A stretch of 64,000 nucleotides of DNA from Hypanus sabinus (Eukaryota): NCBI RefSeq assembly GCF_030144855.1, contig NC_082739.1, positions 23,002,001 through 23,066,000 on the forward strand, in the 5' to 3' direction. Shown here piece after piece: positions 51,262 through 63,725 of the stretch. The notes below the pieces were generated by a model, which was given only the letters and a program-made list of their open reading frames with translations, did not search any database and was not told the DNA's origin. How positions within the stretch are numbered: the stretch's first letter is position 1; each line of letters begins with the position of its first letter. A program made the position numbers and the translations under genes.

Positions 51262-51825
51262 GACCTTAGCTTGACCCCACTTGGAGTACTGTGTTCAGTT
51301 CTGGTCACCTCACTACAGGAAGGATGTGGATACTATAGAGAGAGTGCAGACGAAATTTACAAGGATGTTGCTTGGATTAGAGAGCATGCTGTAGAGAATA
51401 GGTTGATTGAACTTGGCCTTTTATCCCTGGAGCGATGGAGGATGAGAGGTGATTTGACAGAGGTGTATAAGATGATGAGAGGCATTGATTCTGTGGATAG
51501 CCAGAGGCTTTTTCCCAGGTCTGAAATGGCTAGCATGAGAGGGCACAGTTTTAAGGTGCTTGGAAGTAGGTACAGAGGAGATGTCAGAGGTAAGTTTTTC
51601 ACACAGAGAGTGGTGGGTGCGTGGAATGCACTGCCAGCAACAGCGGTGGAGGCGGATACAATAGGGTCTTGTAAGAGACTCCTGGATAGGTACATGGAGC
51701 TTAGAAAAATAGAGGGTTATGTGGTAGGGAAATTCAAGGCAGTTTGTAAAGTAGGTTACCCCATGGTCAGCACAACATTGTGGGCCAAAGGGCCTGTAAT
51801 GTGCTGTAGATTTCTGTGTTCTCTA
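51262..51825 (+). mobile_element. CR1 3' fragment inserted into a Penelope-derived palindrome
   Basis: ORF 51271-51906: LGLLSLERWRMRGDLTEVYKMMRG...FFTQRVVGAWNALP. Confidence 0.88.
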
Positions 51826-52779
51826 TTTCCCTCCATAGATGCTGAGTTCCTTCAGCATTTTGTGTATGTTGCTCTGAATTTCCAGCATCTGCAGAATCTC
51901 TTGTAAGAATAACCTTTCTGCAGTGAGTATGAAAGGTCTGCTAATTGGTGGGGGGGTGGGGTGCATTGGATTGGGTCCATTTTACTTCTCTGTGTGAAAT
52001 GTACTGCTGCTGCAGGGCAGATTGAGGGATTGCAAGCACTTCACAATGAGACTGGGATGTCTTGAGTAATTATCAACATTCCCCCTGTACACAAGTTTAT
52101 TAATAATCAGTTCTATAAACTCTGTTGTTTTCATTTAAGGGCAATAAATACTAGTGATTTCAATAAACCAATCCATTTTAAAAGTGTACCTCACTATTCT
52201 GCTGAGATAATATGCCCTTGTTTCTGTACTGGGGAGTGAATGTACAACGTTCCATTGACCCAGAAATTAAGATAAGATTAGCTTTCTTTGTTACACTAGC
52301 ATCAAAACATGCATAGAAATGCATTGTTCACGTCAATAACCAACACATAACTGAACAATTGTGCCTCATTGAGTTTTTGGAGGTGATCCTTCTTGGGCAA
52401 AGCCACATAATCCCAATATTTATGCAATTCAATTTCACACCCAGAACTCAAAGCATTGCATTATTACTCCTCATTTCTTTGTGTTTACAAGGATGGGACA
52501 AAAACATCACAGCAGTTCAGACAAATTCTTGTCCCTTCTGAAAGCAAAACCCTGCATCTACAGAAATCCTGCAGATGCTGGAAATCTAGAGCAACACACA
52601 GAAAATACTAGAGTAACTCAGCAGGTCGGGCAACATCTATGGAAATGAATAAATAGTCAAAGTTTCGAGTTCCTCCAGCATTTTTCAACTGTTACCCTGC
52701 ATCTACAGATGCTAGACTACATCATTTGTATTTTGTTCTGCATCAGAGCACGAATCAGCCTGTTCAAAGCAATACAATA

Positions 52780-54100
52780 GAGTCATAGAGAAGTACAGCA
52801 CAGAAACAGGCCCTTTGGCCCATCTAGTCATTATGGCAAAACCATTTATACTGCCTATACCCATCAACCTTAAAGTTAAAGTCTGTCCCGAGCCTTATAG
52901 GCTCATCAGGCCGGTGCTTATGCCAGTTTCCGTGGCATGAAGCGACTGAGAGTATGAGACCCCCCCCCCTCAGGATAGGACGCCAGTCTATCGTGAGGTT
53001 AACCCCCAGCATTTTGCTGGTACCCAGCTGGGTGGACTGGAGCAGTGTGTGGTTAAGTGCCTTGCTCAAGGACACAACACGTTGCCTCGGCAAGATCTTC
53101 AGATCGCTAGTCCAACACCTTAACCACTTGGCCACGCACCACACCCATCGACCTTCACCGGGAATATAATCCTCCATACCCCAAACCATCCATGTACCTA
53201 TCGAAACTTCTCTTAAGTGTTGAAAAATTGAGCTCACATGCACCACTTGTGCTGGCAGCTTTTTCCACACTCTCATGGCCCTGTGAGTGATGAGGTTTCC
53301 CTCATGTTCCCCTTAAACTTCTCACCTTTTACCCTTAACACATGACCTCTGGTCGTAGTCCCGCCCAACCTCAGTGGAAAAAGCCTTCTTGCATTTACCC
53401 TATCTATACCCTTCATAATTTTGTATACCTCAATCGAATCTGCTCTCAATCTTCTATGTTACAAAGAAAAAAGTCCCAACCTATTCAATCTTTCCTTATC
53501 ACTCAGGTCCTCTGGACACGGCAACATCCTTGTAAATTTTCTCTGTAATCTTTCAACATTGTTTACATTTTACCTGTAGGTTGGTGACCAAAACTGTACA
53601 AAATGCTCCAAATTAGGCCTCACCAATGTCTTATACAACTTCAACATAACACCCCATCTTCAGTACTCAACTCATTGATTTATGAAGGCCAATGCGCTAA
53701 AAGCTTTCTTTACGACCCTATCTACTTACGTTCAACAAATTATGGACCTGTATTCCCAGATCCCTTTGTTCTACCACACCCCTCAGTGGCCTATCGTTTA
53801 CTGTGTAAGACCTACCCAAGCTGATCCTACTGAAGTGCAAAACCTCACCCTTGTTCTGCATTAAATTCTATCTGCCATTTTTCAACCTATTTTTCCAGCT
53901 GATGCAGATCCCTCTGCAAGCCATGATAGCCTTCCTCACTGTCCACTGCACACTCAATCTTGGGTCAACCACAAATTTTCTGATCGATATAGATGACAAG
54001 CAGCAAAGGACCCAGCACCGATCCCTGCAGCACTCCACTAGTCACAGGCCTCCAGTCAGAGTAGCAACCCTGCACTACCACTCTCTGGCTTCTCCAACAA
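52780..54100 (-). mobile_element. CR1 fragment carrying a nested SINE
   Basis: CR1 RT C-terminus and tail; SINE at 52872-53140. Confidence 0.8.
52872..53140 (-). mobile_element. tRNA-head SINE with a stem-loop tail
   Basis: About 15-bp TSD atacccatcaacctt / acacccatcgacctt; minus-strand head gtgcgtggccaagtggttaagg. Confidence 0.75.
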
Positions 54101-54261
54101 AGCAAAGTTTATTGGAATTAATACTCCATTAATATAATTGACCATAGAACTATGGGTTAGAAATCCCATTGCCTGCTTCTGTACAACTCTTAGATTTTTT
54201 TTACTGGAAACTGTTGACTTCACCCAGATTTGCTTTAAAAACCATTTACCTTTCATGTTTA

Positions 54262-54927
54262 CACAACACACACAAAATGCTGGTGGAACACAGCAGGGCA
54301 GGCAGCATCTATAGGGAGAAGTACAGTCGACGTTTTGGGCCGAGACCCTTCGTCAGGACTAACTGAAAGAAGAGATAGTAAGAGATTTGAAAGTGGGAGA
54401 TCAGAAATGATAGGAGAAGACAGGAGGGGGAGGGTTGAAGTTAAAAGCTGGAAAACTGATTGGCAAAAGGGATACACAGCTGAAGAAAGGAAAGGATCAT
54501 GGGACGGGAGGCCTAGGGAGAAATAAAGGGGGAGGGGAGCACCAGAGGGAGATGGAGAGCAGGCAAGGAGTGACAGTGAGAGGGACAGAGAGAGAAAAAA
54601 AAAGAGTAAAGAAGAAAAAAAGGGGGGGGGGAAATAATAAATAAGTCAATCAATCAATAAACAAGGGATGGGGTAAGAAGGGGAGGAGGGGCATTAACAG
54701 AAGTTAGAGAAGTCAATGTTCATACCATCAGGTTGGAGGTTACCCAGCCGGTATATAAGGTGTTGTTCCTCCAACCTGAGTGTGGCTTCATCCGGGCAGT
54801 AGAGGAGGTCATGGATAGACATATCAGAATGGGAATGGAACGTGGAATTAAAATGTGTGGCCACTGGGAGATCCTGCTTTCTCTGGCAGACAGAGCGTAG
54901 GTGTTCAGCGAAACAGTCTCCCAGTCT
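54262..54927 (-). mobile_element. Penelope-like retroelement 3' end (GIY-YIG C-terminus plus terminal repeat)
   Basis: Minus-strand frame ending at 54694 reads RLGDCFAEHLRSVCQRKQDLPVATHFNSTFHSHSD...LEEQHLIYRLGNLQPDGMNIDFSNFC*, followed by a pyrimidine tract and a hammerhead-like motif. Confidence 0.88.
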
Positions 54928-55735
54928 GTTTCTTCTACCACAATCCCATCAGTCTTGCTGTTTAATTATGTTTCTGGCCATTATGACCTTCAGGCAGTTT
55001 TAGCCTCCAGGTGGATTGTTGGATGCTTTTACTGCAGATTATAAACTTCTCTCCCAAAAGGAATTTTAAAAAGGCCCAGAAAGCATTGGAAAATCAGGCA
55101 TTGAGTGAATAGTGATCAAAATCATCTTAGAAGTTCAATTCTGCAATATCTCCCTCCTGTGATAGAATGTTGAACATTACAGCACAGGAACAGGCCTTTC
55201 GGCCCACGATGTCTGTACTGTACACAATACCAAATTAAACTAATCCCTTCTGTCTGCACATCATCAGTATCCCTCCATTCCATGCGCCAATATAAAAGCT
55301 TCTTGAACACCATGATTAAATCTGCTCTCAATACTTCTTCTGCCAGCATGTCCTAGACACCTACTTCTCTCCAAGAGCAAAAACTTTTCCCTTGCAAACC
55401 CCTTAAAGGTGTGCCCTCTAGTTTTGAATATTTCTACCCAGGGACAACAAGGTTTCTGTTGTCTACCCTATCTATACCTCTCATAATTTTAACACCTTCC
55501 ATCACGTCTCCCCTCAGCCTCCACTGCTCCAGAGAACACAACCCAAACTTATCCATCCTCTGCTGATAGCTCATAGCCTCTAGTCCAGAAGAAGTTGTTG
55601 ATTAATCCATTTATCATTTACAAATACTTGCATGACAGAAATACACAGTTGGATTTAACATTTAGAAACACACACAAAATGCTGGAGGAACTCAGCAGGT
55701 CAGGCAATTTCAAGTTTAAGTTTATTGTCATCTAA

Positions 55736-55736
<1 letters not shown>

Positions 55737-55785
<49 letters not shown>
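55737..55785. repeat. Compound (GT)n(AT)n(CA)n microsatellite
   Basis: Directly visible; self-complementary. Confidence 0.95.
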
Positions 55786-55786
<1 letters not shown>

Positions 55787-56209
55787 AAGAAAACAATGTT
55801 CCTCCTGACCATGGTGCATCCACAATAATCATACACAGCACATAAATCAAATAATACTGTTAATAAAATATAATTCAAAATGGATGCCGTCACAGCAGAA
55901 GTAAACAGTAAATAGCATCTATGGACGGGAATAAACAGTCAATGTCAGGACCAAAACGTATTAGCCTAAAGCATCAAATATTTATTCCCTTCCCTAGATG
56001 CTGCCTGACTTGCTGAGTTTCTCCAGCATTTTGTGTGCATTGCTCAAGTTTTCTAGCATCTGCAGAATCTCTTGTGTCTGAGTTTGGCATTTTTCTGACT
56101 CTTGTCTGTAACTTTTCAGTGAGAAGCTTCAGCAGTCCTGAGAGGTAACTTTTATCCAGCTAAGATCAGGTTGTGTTTGGTCTCTGTTCACCGTTGGCTT
56201 CTTCCACAG

Positions 56210-56390
56210 AAACATCACTCCAACTGGAAGCCTGAGATGAAACTGCCAGCTGATAGTGAATATGTTATTCTCGGAAACCTGGAGTGGAACTCAGAATATG
56301 AAGTGTATGTGGTGGCTGAGAATCGGCAAGGCAGATCAGAGGCAGGTTCCATCTCCTTCCGAACCTCTGTGGAACCCACTGTCGTCCCAG
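56210..56390 (+). CDS. ncam1: NCAM1 exon (exon 14 equivalent), second half of FN3 domain 2
   Basis: cttccacag|AAACAT...CCCAG|gtacga; 181 nt, phase 0-1. Translates KHHSNWKPEMKLPADSEYVILGNLEWNSEYEVYVVAENRQGRSEAGSISFRTSVEPTVVP, matching NCAM1 WKPEIRLP...LDWNAEYEVYVVAENQQGKS. Confidence 0.97.
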
Positions 56391-57169
56391 GTACGATTTC
56401 AAGCTGCTTTTAAATATTATTTGCACTAAGTCTTGCTGAGATGCTGCATCCCCAAATCTAGTACAGTTTGTAAAATTGTAATCTCTATGTAACTTTCATT
56501 TATCTGTTTGTCAGAGAGCAATTTCAATTTCATTTTCCTCTCTGTAGGAAAATTGATAGATTTGTATACTTATTTTTTAAAAAAACAATCCAAGATCTTG
56601 ATTTTCAAATCATATTTTTGCATGTGCCATGCAAATTCATTTTGTGCAGCCGTCAACCCAACATGTAATTGGAACCTTACTTTAAGGCAGAATGTAATAT
56701 TCCACCAACAATAATATCCTTCAAGGCATTGAGAATAGAAACGTTAGTAACATCCAACTTAAAATTTGTAGACCCTACCCTTGACCAACAGCTTAGATTC
56801 ATATTTATTTATCACATTGTACATTGAAACATTCTGCAGCCAGCCTGCTCATGTAAATTTCAATAGAAAATCACAGGCAGGAGTGATGTAAAGTGATTCT
56901 GATTTAAAACCATCTCCAGAAAACTGTAAAGTGAATTTCTCAAAGCCCGAGTTTGACTAACATTCAAGTGATCAGGAATAGGAAAGGAAGAGGCTCCCTA
57001 AAGTTGGTAGAGGGTATTTTTACAATGGTAGGTAGTCTGTAACTGAGGACGATTTGCAGTTTGTATAGGCAATGAAATAATAAATGAGGGCTAGAAAAGG
57101 CTCCATTACTTTGTCATTCAAGTCAAGCTTTTGTCATGCACGTTGGTGTTACCAGATTCAGAATCAGGC

Positions 57170-57787
57170 ATAGAGTCATAGAAAAGTGCAGTACAGAAAC
57201 AGGCCCTTCAGCCCACCTAGTCCATGTTGAAACCATTTAAACTGCCGACACCCATCGACCTGCATCGGGACCATATCCCTACTATCTATGTACCTATCCA
57301 AACTTCTCTTAAACATTGAAATTGAGCTCACATGCACCACTTGTGCTGGCAGCTCGATCCACACTCTCACGGCCCTCTGAGTGAAGTTTCCCCACACATT
57401 CCCCTTAAGCTTCTCACCTTTCACCCTTAACCCATGACCTCTAGTTGTACTCCCACCCAACCTCAGAGGATAAAGCCTGCTTGCATTTACTCTGTCTATA
57501 GCCCTCATATCTATTAAATCTCCTCTCAATCTTTTACTTTCTGAGGAATAAAGTCCTAACCTATTCAATCTTTTGTCAGGTCCTCCAGTTCAGGCAACAT
57601 CCTTGTAAATTTTCTCTGTACTCCTTTAATCTTATTTACATCTTTCCCATAGGTAGATGACTAAAACTGCACACAATACTCCAAATTAGGCTTCACCAAT
57701 TAATCAACTTCAACATAACATCTTCTGTCCTCACCACGTTGATTTTTGGAGGCCAATGTGCCAAATGTTTTCTTTACAACCCTATCA
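57170..57787 (-). mobile_element. CR1 3' fragment
   Basis: ORF 57176-57568: NRLGLYS.E.KRLRGDLI. Similar pieces at about 55175-55585 and 59760-60400. Confidence 0.85.
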
Positions 57788-58375
57788 GGTTTAATAACAC
57801 TGGCATATGTAGTAAAATCTGTTGTTTTGTGACAACAGTACATTGCAATACTTTAACAAAACTATAAATGGCAATAAGATATATATAAATAAGTAGTTCA
57901 ATAAGAGAGCCAAAAATAGTGAGGTAGTGTTCATAGGTTGGCTCATTGTCTGTTCGGAAATCTGATGGCGGAGTATAAAAAATGTCCTTGCAACAGCATC
58001 ATCGGCACAGAGTATCATATAAATGGAATTTACAAGAAAATAGAAACAACGTTTTTACAAGAAAGAATACAATTATAACAGAAAAGGTCCATTTTAGTGC
58101 AAAGTGATCAAAGTGCCTTGACTTTTTTTTGGCCTGTCTGGACATTTCTTGTCTCCTTAGTAGCCAAATTTATTGCTATCAGTGAACAGGCAGATTCTTG
58201 GAGATAGTTACAAAAATTTGCAGCCTGCTAGGTAAAGGAATTCACCTACTCTTCTCCTAAATGACCAAGCCCTTCTCCACTGATTCTAATAAATCAACCT
58301 TGTTATATCTAACAACAACACACACAAAATGCTGGTGGAACACAGCAGGCTAGGCAGCATCTATAGGGAGAAGCG

Positions 58376-58413
58376 CTGTCGACGTTTCGGGCCGAGACCC
58401 TTCGTCAGGACAG
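58376..58413 (-). ncRNA. Minimal type I hammerhead ribozyme motif in a Penelope-derived palindrome
   Basis: Minus strand: CUGUC-CUGACGA-AGGGUCUCGGCCC-GAAAC-GUC-GACAG. 5-bp stem I, CUGANGA and GAAA cores, GUC triplet and palindromic ACGU helix III. Confidence 0.7.
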
Positions 58414-60719
58414 GGTTCTGCAGCACTTCTCCCTATAGATGCTGCCTGGCCTGCTGTGATCTACCAGCATTTTGGGTGTGTTGCTTGAATTTCCAGCATC
58501 TGCAGATTTCCTCGTGTTTGTTATATCTACACAGTTTTCTGCAAACTTCAATTTTTTTTGAAGTGTCAAGTGCATGGACTGCCCTCTTATTTCCATCATT
58601 TCATTCATTGAGTGGGTACACATTAACATATCAACGCAATTGTTTAATAGCACCTACGATCAGGGTTCCATTCCTACCCCAGTCTGAAAGAAGTTTGTAC
58701 ATTCTCCCTGTGGCAGTGTTGGTCTCCTCCAGTGCTCTAGTTTCCCTCTACATTCCAAAGTTCAAAGTAAATTTATTATCAAAGTACATATATGTCACCA
58801 TATCAGATCAATTTTCTTGGGGACATACTCAAGGAATCCATCATAATAGAATCAATAAAAGATTGCACCAACTTGGGAGTTCAGCCAGTGTGCAAAAGAC
58901 AACAAACGGTGCAAATAGTAAATAAATATATAAGCAATAGATATCAAGAACATGAGATGAACAGTCCTTGAAAGTGAGTCCATAGCTTGTGGGAACATTT
59001 TAATGATGGGGCAAGTGAAGTTGAGTGAAGTTATCACCTTTAGTTCAAGAGCTTGATGGTTGACCTTCCAACGCACATACAGTTAGGGATAGGGTTAGTA
59101 AGTTGAGGGCATTCTATGTTGGCACCAGAAGTATGGCGACACTTGTGGGTTTCCCCCCAACACATCCTAGGACTGTGTTGTTCATTGACACAAAATTATA
59201 CATTTTATTCTATGTTTCAATGTACATGTGACAATTAAAACTAATCTTTATGTAACTGTAATTCTCATCTTTAGATAGAATGTATTAACTATAACATGTA
59301 ACAAGCAATGGCACATTCATGGAAACAAAACCATATGACACATGCTTTCGAGAATGCCAGTGAATTCAGCTGCAATTCGATGGCTTGATGATACCACAGT
59401 TTTGAATTGGGAAAAGTACCATTTAATGAAAACCTCATATTAAAATAACAAGCTTCCTGGTACATCTGCACAATTGGGCACTTATGTTCCAAGTTTATCT
59501 TCCTTTGTTCAGTGAAGACCAGGGGTAGAGCTACAACATTGTGATAGGATTACAGCATTGCACTACTTGCCTTCTGATTGGTTATTCATAAAAACTTAAC
59601 TTCAAGGAGGTGGTGGGTAAATACCAGCTGGAAATATAGGAATACTTTGTGGATATGGAAAAAGAGCAGCGAAGTGAGGTTAATTGGATAGTGCTTCCAA
59701 AGAGATTTCCAGAATGACTGACTAGACTGCTTTACTGTGTGTTTCAATTATCTGTGATAGAGCATAGGACAGTACAGCACAGGAACAGGCCTAGTTTGGT
59801 CCACGGTATTGTTCTGAACTCATGTTATGAATCATACCCAATCCTTTTTGCCTACACAATGTTCCTCTACTTTCTCCACATTCAAATGCCTATATGCATC
59901 TACTGTATCTGCCTCCACCACCACTCCTGGTGGCACATTCTAGGTAACTACCACTTGCTGTGTGAAAAGCTTGCCCTGCACATCTTCTCTGAACTTAACC
60001 CCTTTCACCATAAATACGTGCCCTTCAATATTAGACACTTCATTTGTGGGAAAAACATACTGGCTGTCCACTCTTTCTAAGCTTCTCATCATTTCATACC
60101 TTTTATTAGGTCTCACCTCAGCCTCTGCAGTTCCAGAGAAACAACCCTAGTTTGTCCAACCTTCCCTTTGATCTAGACATCATCCTGGTAAACCTCTTCT
60201 ACACCTGTTCCAGAGCCACCACATCTTTCCTGTAATGGGACAGCCAGAGATACAAAGAACAATACAGCACAGGAACAGGCCATTCAGCCCACAATCTTGT
60301 GCCAAACCAGCTAAAAATACAAATCAAAAACATGCAAACACTACAAACACTAATACTCCAGCTGCGGCCTAACTAGTGTTTTATAAATCTGCAACATAAC
60401 AGCTGCATAGCAGGGACTACAGCAAAATACCTTCCCAATTTCATTTACATTCATTAAATTAACAAAATAAGAGCAATTAGTATTTTTTCTAAGGAGGAAA
60501 TGTAACCCTATGCTGGTAGAAATAATTCTCCTTGCTGGGTTAAAAATGTTGAAATGTGGAATATGCTACCATGTCATTTTTCCATTGTTAAGTTGCCTTC
60601 ATATGATGACAGTATCAGTGAGAAACACTCTCTTGACTCACTTCATGAGGGTCACTAGTGATTAAATGGGGCCAGTAAATACTTCAGCTAATCTGTTGGC
60701 TGTATTCTGGGGTTTAATG

Positions 60720-60802
60720 CTGGTGTTCCCAACCTGGAGTCCATGGACCCCTCAATTAATGGTGGGGTCCATGACATACAAACAAATGATTGGGAACCCC
60801 TG
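60720..60802. mobile_element. ~80-bp hAT MITE
   Basis: ctggtgttcccaacc...ttgggaacccctg; imperfect TSD gtttaatg / ctttagtg. Confidence 0.75.
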
Positions 60803-61327
60803 CTTTAGTGGTTTGTTGAACTGACAACTGATGGGGATGCAGCAGAGAGTGTGAAAGTCTGCATGTTGAGCTCTGGTGCTAACCGGCCTCTGACATCATT
60901 GAAGCAATTACCTCTACCAGCAGCTTTCAGCATGGGTGCAGGACTGCTTTACAATGCTACAGTTGTCCATCATTTAACTGAATGCAGCTAATATTTGCCA
61001 GTCCAGCAAAACATTCATTCCTAATCCTTTCTTTCCAACCTTGTTGCTGCTTTGGTTGTCCTACACTGATACTACCTTTTCTTTTGGCTCCATCTTGTAC
61101 ATCATATGGTCATTTCCATTCTCCCAACCCAGTTTGACACCCTTTAACCTGTAACCATGATATATGACCTTCGACTTCAATGTATTTTTAATTTCTGCTT
61201 TAAAATTAAGCATACTTACATTTTTTTATGTTACATGAATATTTCTCTGATCTGTTTTATTTCAATTTAACATTTGTGTACTTAATTTATTTTAAATTCC
61301 TGTTACTTTTGTGTTTGTATTTATGAC

Positions 61328-61333
<6 letters not shown>

Positions 61334-61368
<35 letters not shown>

Positions 61369-61378
61369 CCCCCCCCCC
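61334..61378. repeat. (CT)n microsatellite plus C-run
   Basis: Directly visible, inside the AG-free zone upstream of the GPI exon. Confidence 0.95.
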
Positions 61379-61511
61379 ATCCCTTTTCCTTCCTCCCTAT
61401 GTCACACCTGTCCATTTCCACTTGCGTATTTCCATCACCCTTGTATTTTCTCTGAACCCTTTAATGTCTGAACTGGTCACCTTGTTTTACCAACTCTTTT
61501 GTTGTCCTTAG

Positions 61512-61606
61512 ATGGAAGTGCTTCAGCAACTTTGGGTGGCTCATTCATTCCATACACAGTCTTCTCATTACTCGTCCCCACTGTTTTGGTTGTTCTGATG
61601 TCGTAG
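61512..61606 (+). CDS. ncam1: NCAM1 GPI-anchor signal terminal exon (exon 15 equivalent, NCAM-120 isoform)
   Basis: ttgtccttag|ATGGA..., phase 1: (D)GSASATLGGSFIPYTVFSLLVPTVLVVLMS*. ATLGG plus a hydrophobic tail and stop matches mammalian NCAM-120 ATLGGNSASYTFVSLL...; a second in-frame acceptor starts at 61527. Confidence 0.9.
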
Positions 61607-63665
61607 ACCTTTGTAAAGACATGCCGTTTCTCTCTCCCACCACACCCCCACCCAGAGAACTCAACTCATAATTTCAATTTGTTCATCCGTGTCCAAACCA
61701 GAAACAAAATTGTATCATTTTTATTCAGAACTAAATAAGTTGCTTCATGAATTATTGTGCCTTGCACACTTCCGCTTAATCTGTTTAAAAATTGCTGATT
61801 TCTCTGTCAATGGCAATTTCTGTTGACGAGCAAATTCTGATCCTTTCCGTTGCAAGGTTCTGTTATTCTCCATCACTTCATTTGCCAGTTTATTTCTTTT
61901 TCTATTTCTACACGTTCCCTCTCTCCACCATCCAACAATCATTAATGTATCTTGACAGCCTGATGACTGAGACCAGGGCTGGAAGGAATTAGCAACTATA
62001 TTTTTTTTTGAAATAAACAAAAAATCACTTTAAATGTTTCATCTGCAACAGCTACAAAGGAATTTCATACAAAAAGTTATTGCCAATTTAAAACTTAATT
62101 AAATAAAAAGATTAAAGTGCCATTTTTGACAAGAACCTAGTTCCAGGAATGATAACTAGATATCTTTTGCAGTATTTTGCCAATTAATATTTGAGTGTTA
62201 CTGCAAGCACATGCAAACAAGGCTTATCTCAGTGCATAGCTTGGTTAAGTATGTTTTAATTTTATACCAGTCTGCTCGTATGTATACAGGAAGGTCCTGG
62301 AAGTGTCATGTACAGCTCATTGCTCTAAGTTCTATTTTCCTCTTAGTTGCCTGTAAGCAAGTTAATGTAAGTTCTTAAGCTCTGGCTAAAATTGCCTTAA
62401 ATTTTGAGACTCTAATTTGATCATACTTTTTAACAGATGTTTTTAAACAAGTGTCAATGATAACCAAGGTTTATGGAGGCAGTGTTAAGATTTGCTGAAC
62501 TTGCACCACTGACTAAATTCTATTTCCTTAAATAAACAGTTTTCATGAACAAAAATTTAGTTATTTTATATGGTTTTTTAATTTATTCTGCTTCATAATT
62601 CATGACTATGTAGCTGAGAATCATATTTTTCATTAAAGCACAACACAGATTAAAGCAATCTTGCATAGAGATCTTTTAATTGTGCAATCTTTGGCAGCAT
62701 CTCTAAAATATTGTAAATTTCTGCTTACAAAATGGAATTAGGTTGTTCCTGCAAAAGATTAGAACAGGGGTTCTCAACCTAGGATCCACAGACCACTGGG
62801 TTAACGATAGAGATCCATAGCATAAAAAAGGTTTGGAACCCTTGATTTAGACAGTTAAAGGAAAAATATATTCTGCCTTGAAATGTTAATTTTCTGTTTC
62901 TACTGTTGAATAAATCTTTCATCATAATTAATAGATTACATGGATCATGGTCAACACAAAATATTAATTTGTAATGCATTCAGAAATGTATTCATGTCTG
63001 GATGTAATCATTATAAACAAGAGTCTGCCTTATTTCTACTTGAGGTATATGGCTGGTATCTGCCGTGTACTGTTCAGCTAGGACAATAATGAACTACAAC
63101 AGATTCAGAGTGGATCAATTTATAGTCGTGTTTATTACTTGCAAGGGAAGGTCTACCTCCATATGTTAAATTGTTGCAAGGTAGCTTCAATCTTAGAGCT
63201 CAGAACAAACCATTTTACTTTTACAGAGACCAGTAGTTCATCATCTTCATGTCTTTGAGGTTGTTCCATCCCATACTGGCATTCCTTCCTTATCTGGATC
63301 TGTGCATCTCTTCTTTGAATCAGTCCATTTGTTTTTTTTTTCAGGCTTATTCCCCCCCCCCCCCACCCGCCATGACAGTTGTGTCCTGTTTTTCTCTGTT
63401 GTCAAAACAATACCTGCCGTAAACATACATTCTGATATAAAGCACATTCTGCTTGCAAGCTAAATATTTCAACAAACAGCAAAGCACTCTGGGATCACAC
63501 AGGTTCCATTTTGTCACATTACATTTTTACAAAAGTTATACATTCACAAAGGCTTCAGGGTAATAGATACATTTCCACATAACCTTTATAAATTCATTTT
63601 TTTGTTGACTAAAATTTCCTGTACATGTGTATTTCTGCAATAAAGCAGATGGTAAACACTTCAAA
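61607..63665 (+). other. ncam1: Probable 3'UTR of the GPI isoform with several polyadenylation signals
   Basis: AT-rich and nearly TE-free after the stop. AATAAA at 62012, 62102 (plus ATTAAA at 62111), 62531, 62909 and 63639. The true end is uncertain. Confidence 0.55.
62765..62844. mobile_element. ~80-bp hAT MITE inside the putative 3'UTR
   Basis: caggggttctcaacc...gtttggaacccttg; same family as the copies at 37001 and 60720. Confidence 0.75.
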
Positions 63666-63720
63666 ACTAAGCTAAACCTAACAGATGGGAATGATATCAC
63701 AGTTTTCATTTAAAAATGTG

Positions 63721-63725
<5 letters not shown>

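Noticed and set aside
51271-51906. 211-aa ORF, and the 198-aa ORF at 58329-58925
   Set aside because: A CR1 RT fragment and a chance ORF across Penelope/SINE repeats, not host genes.
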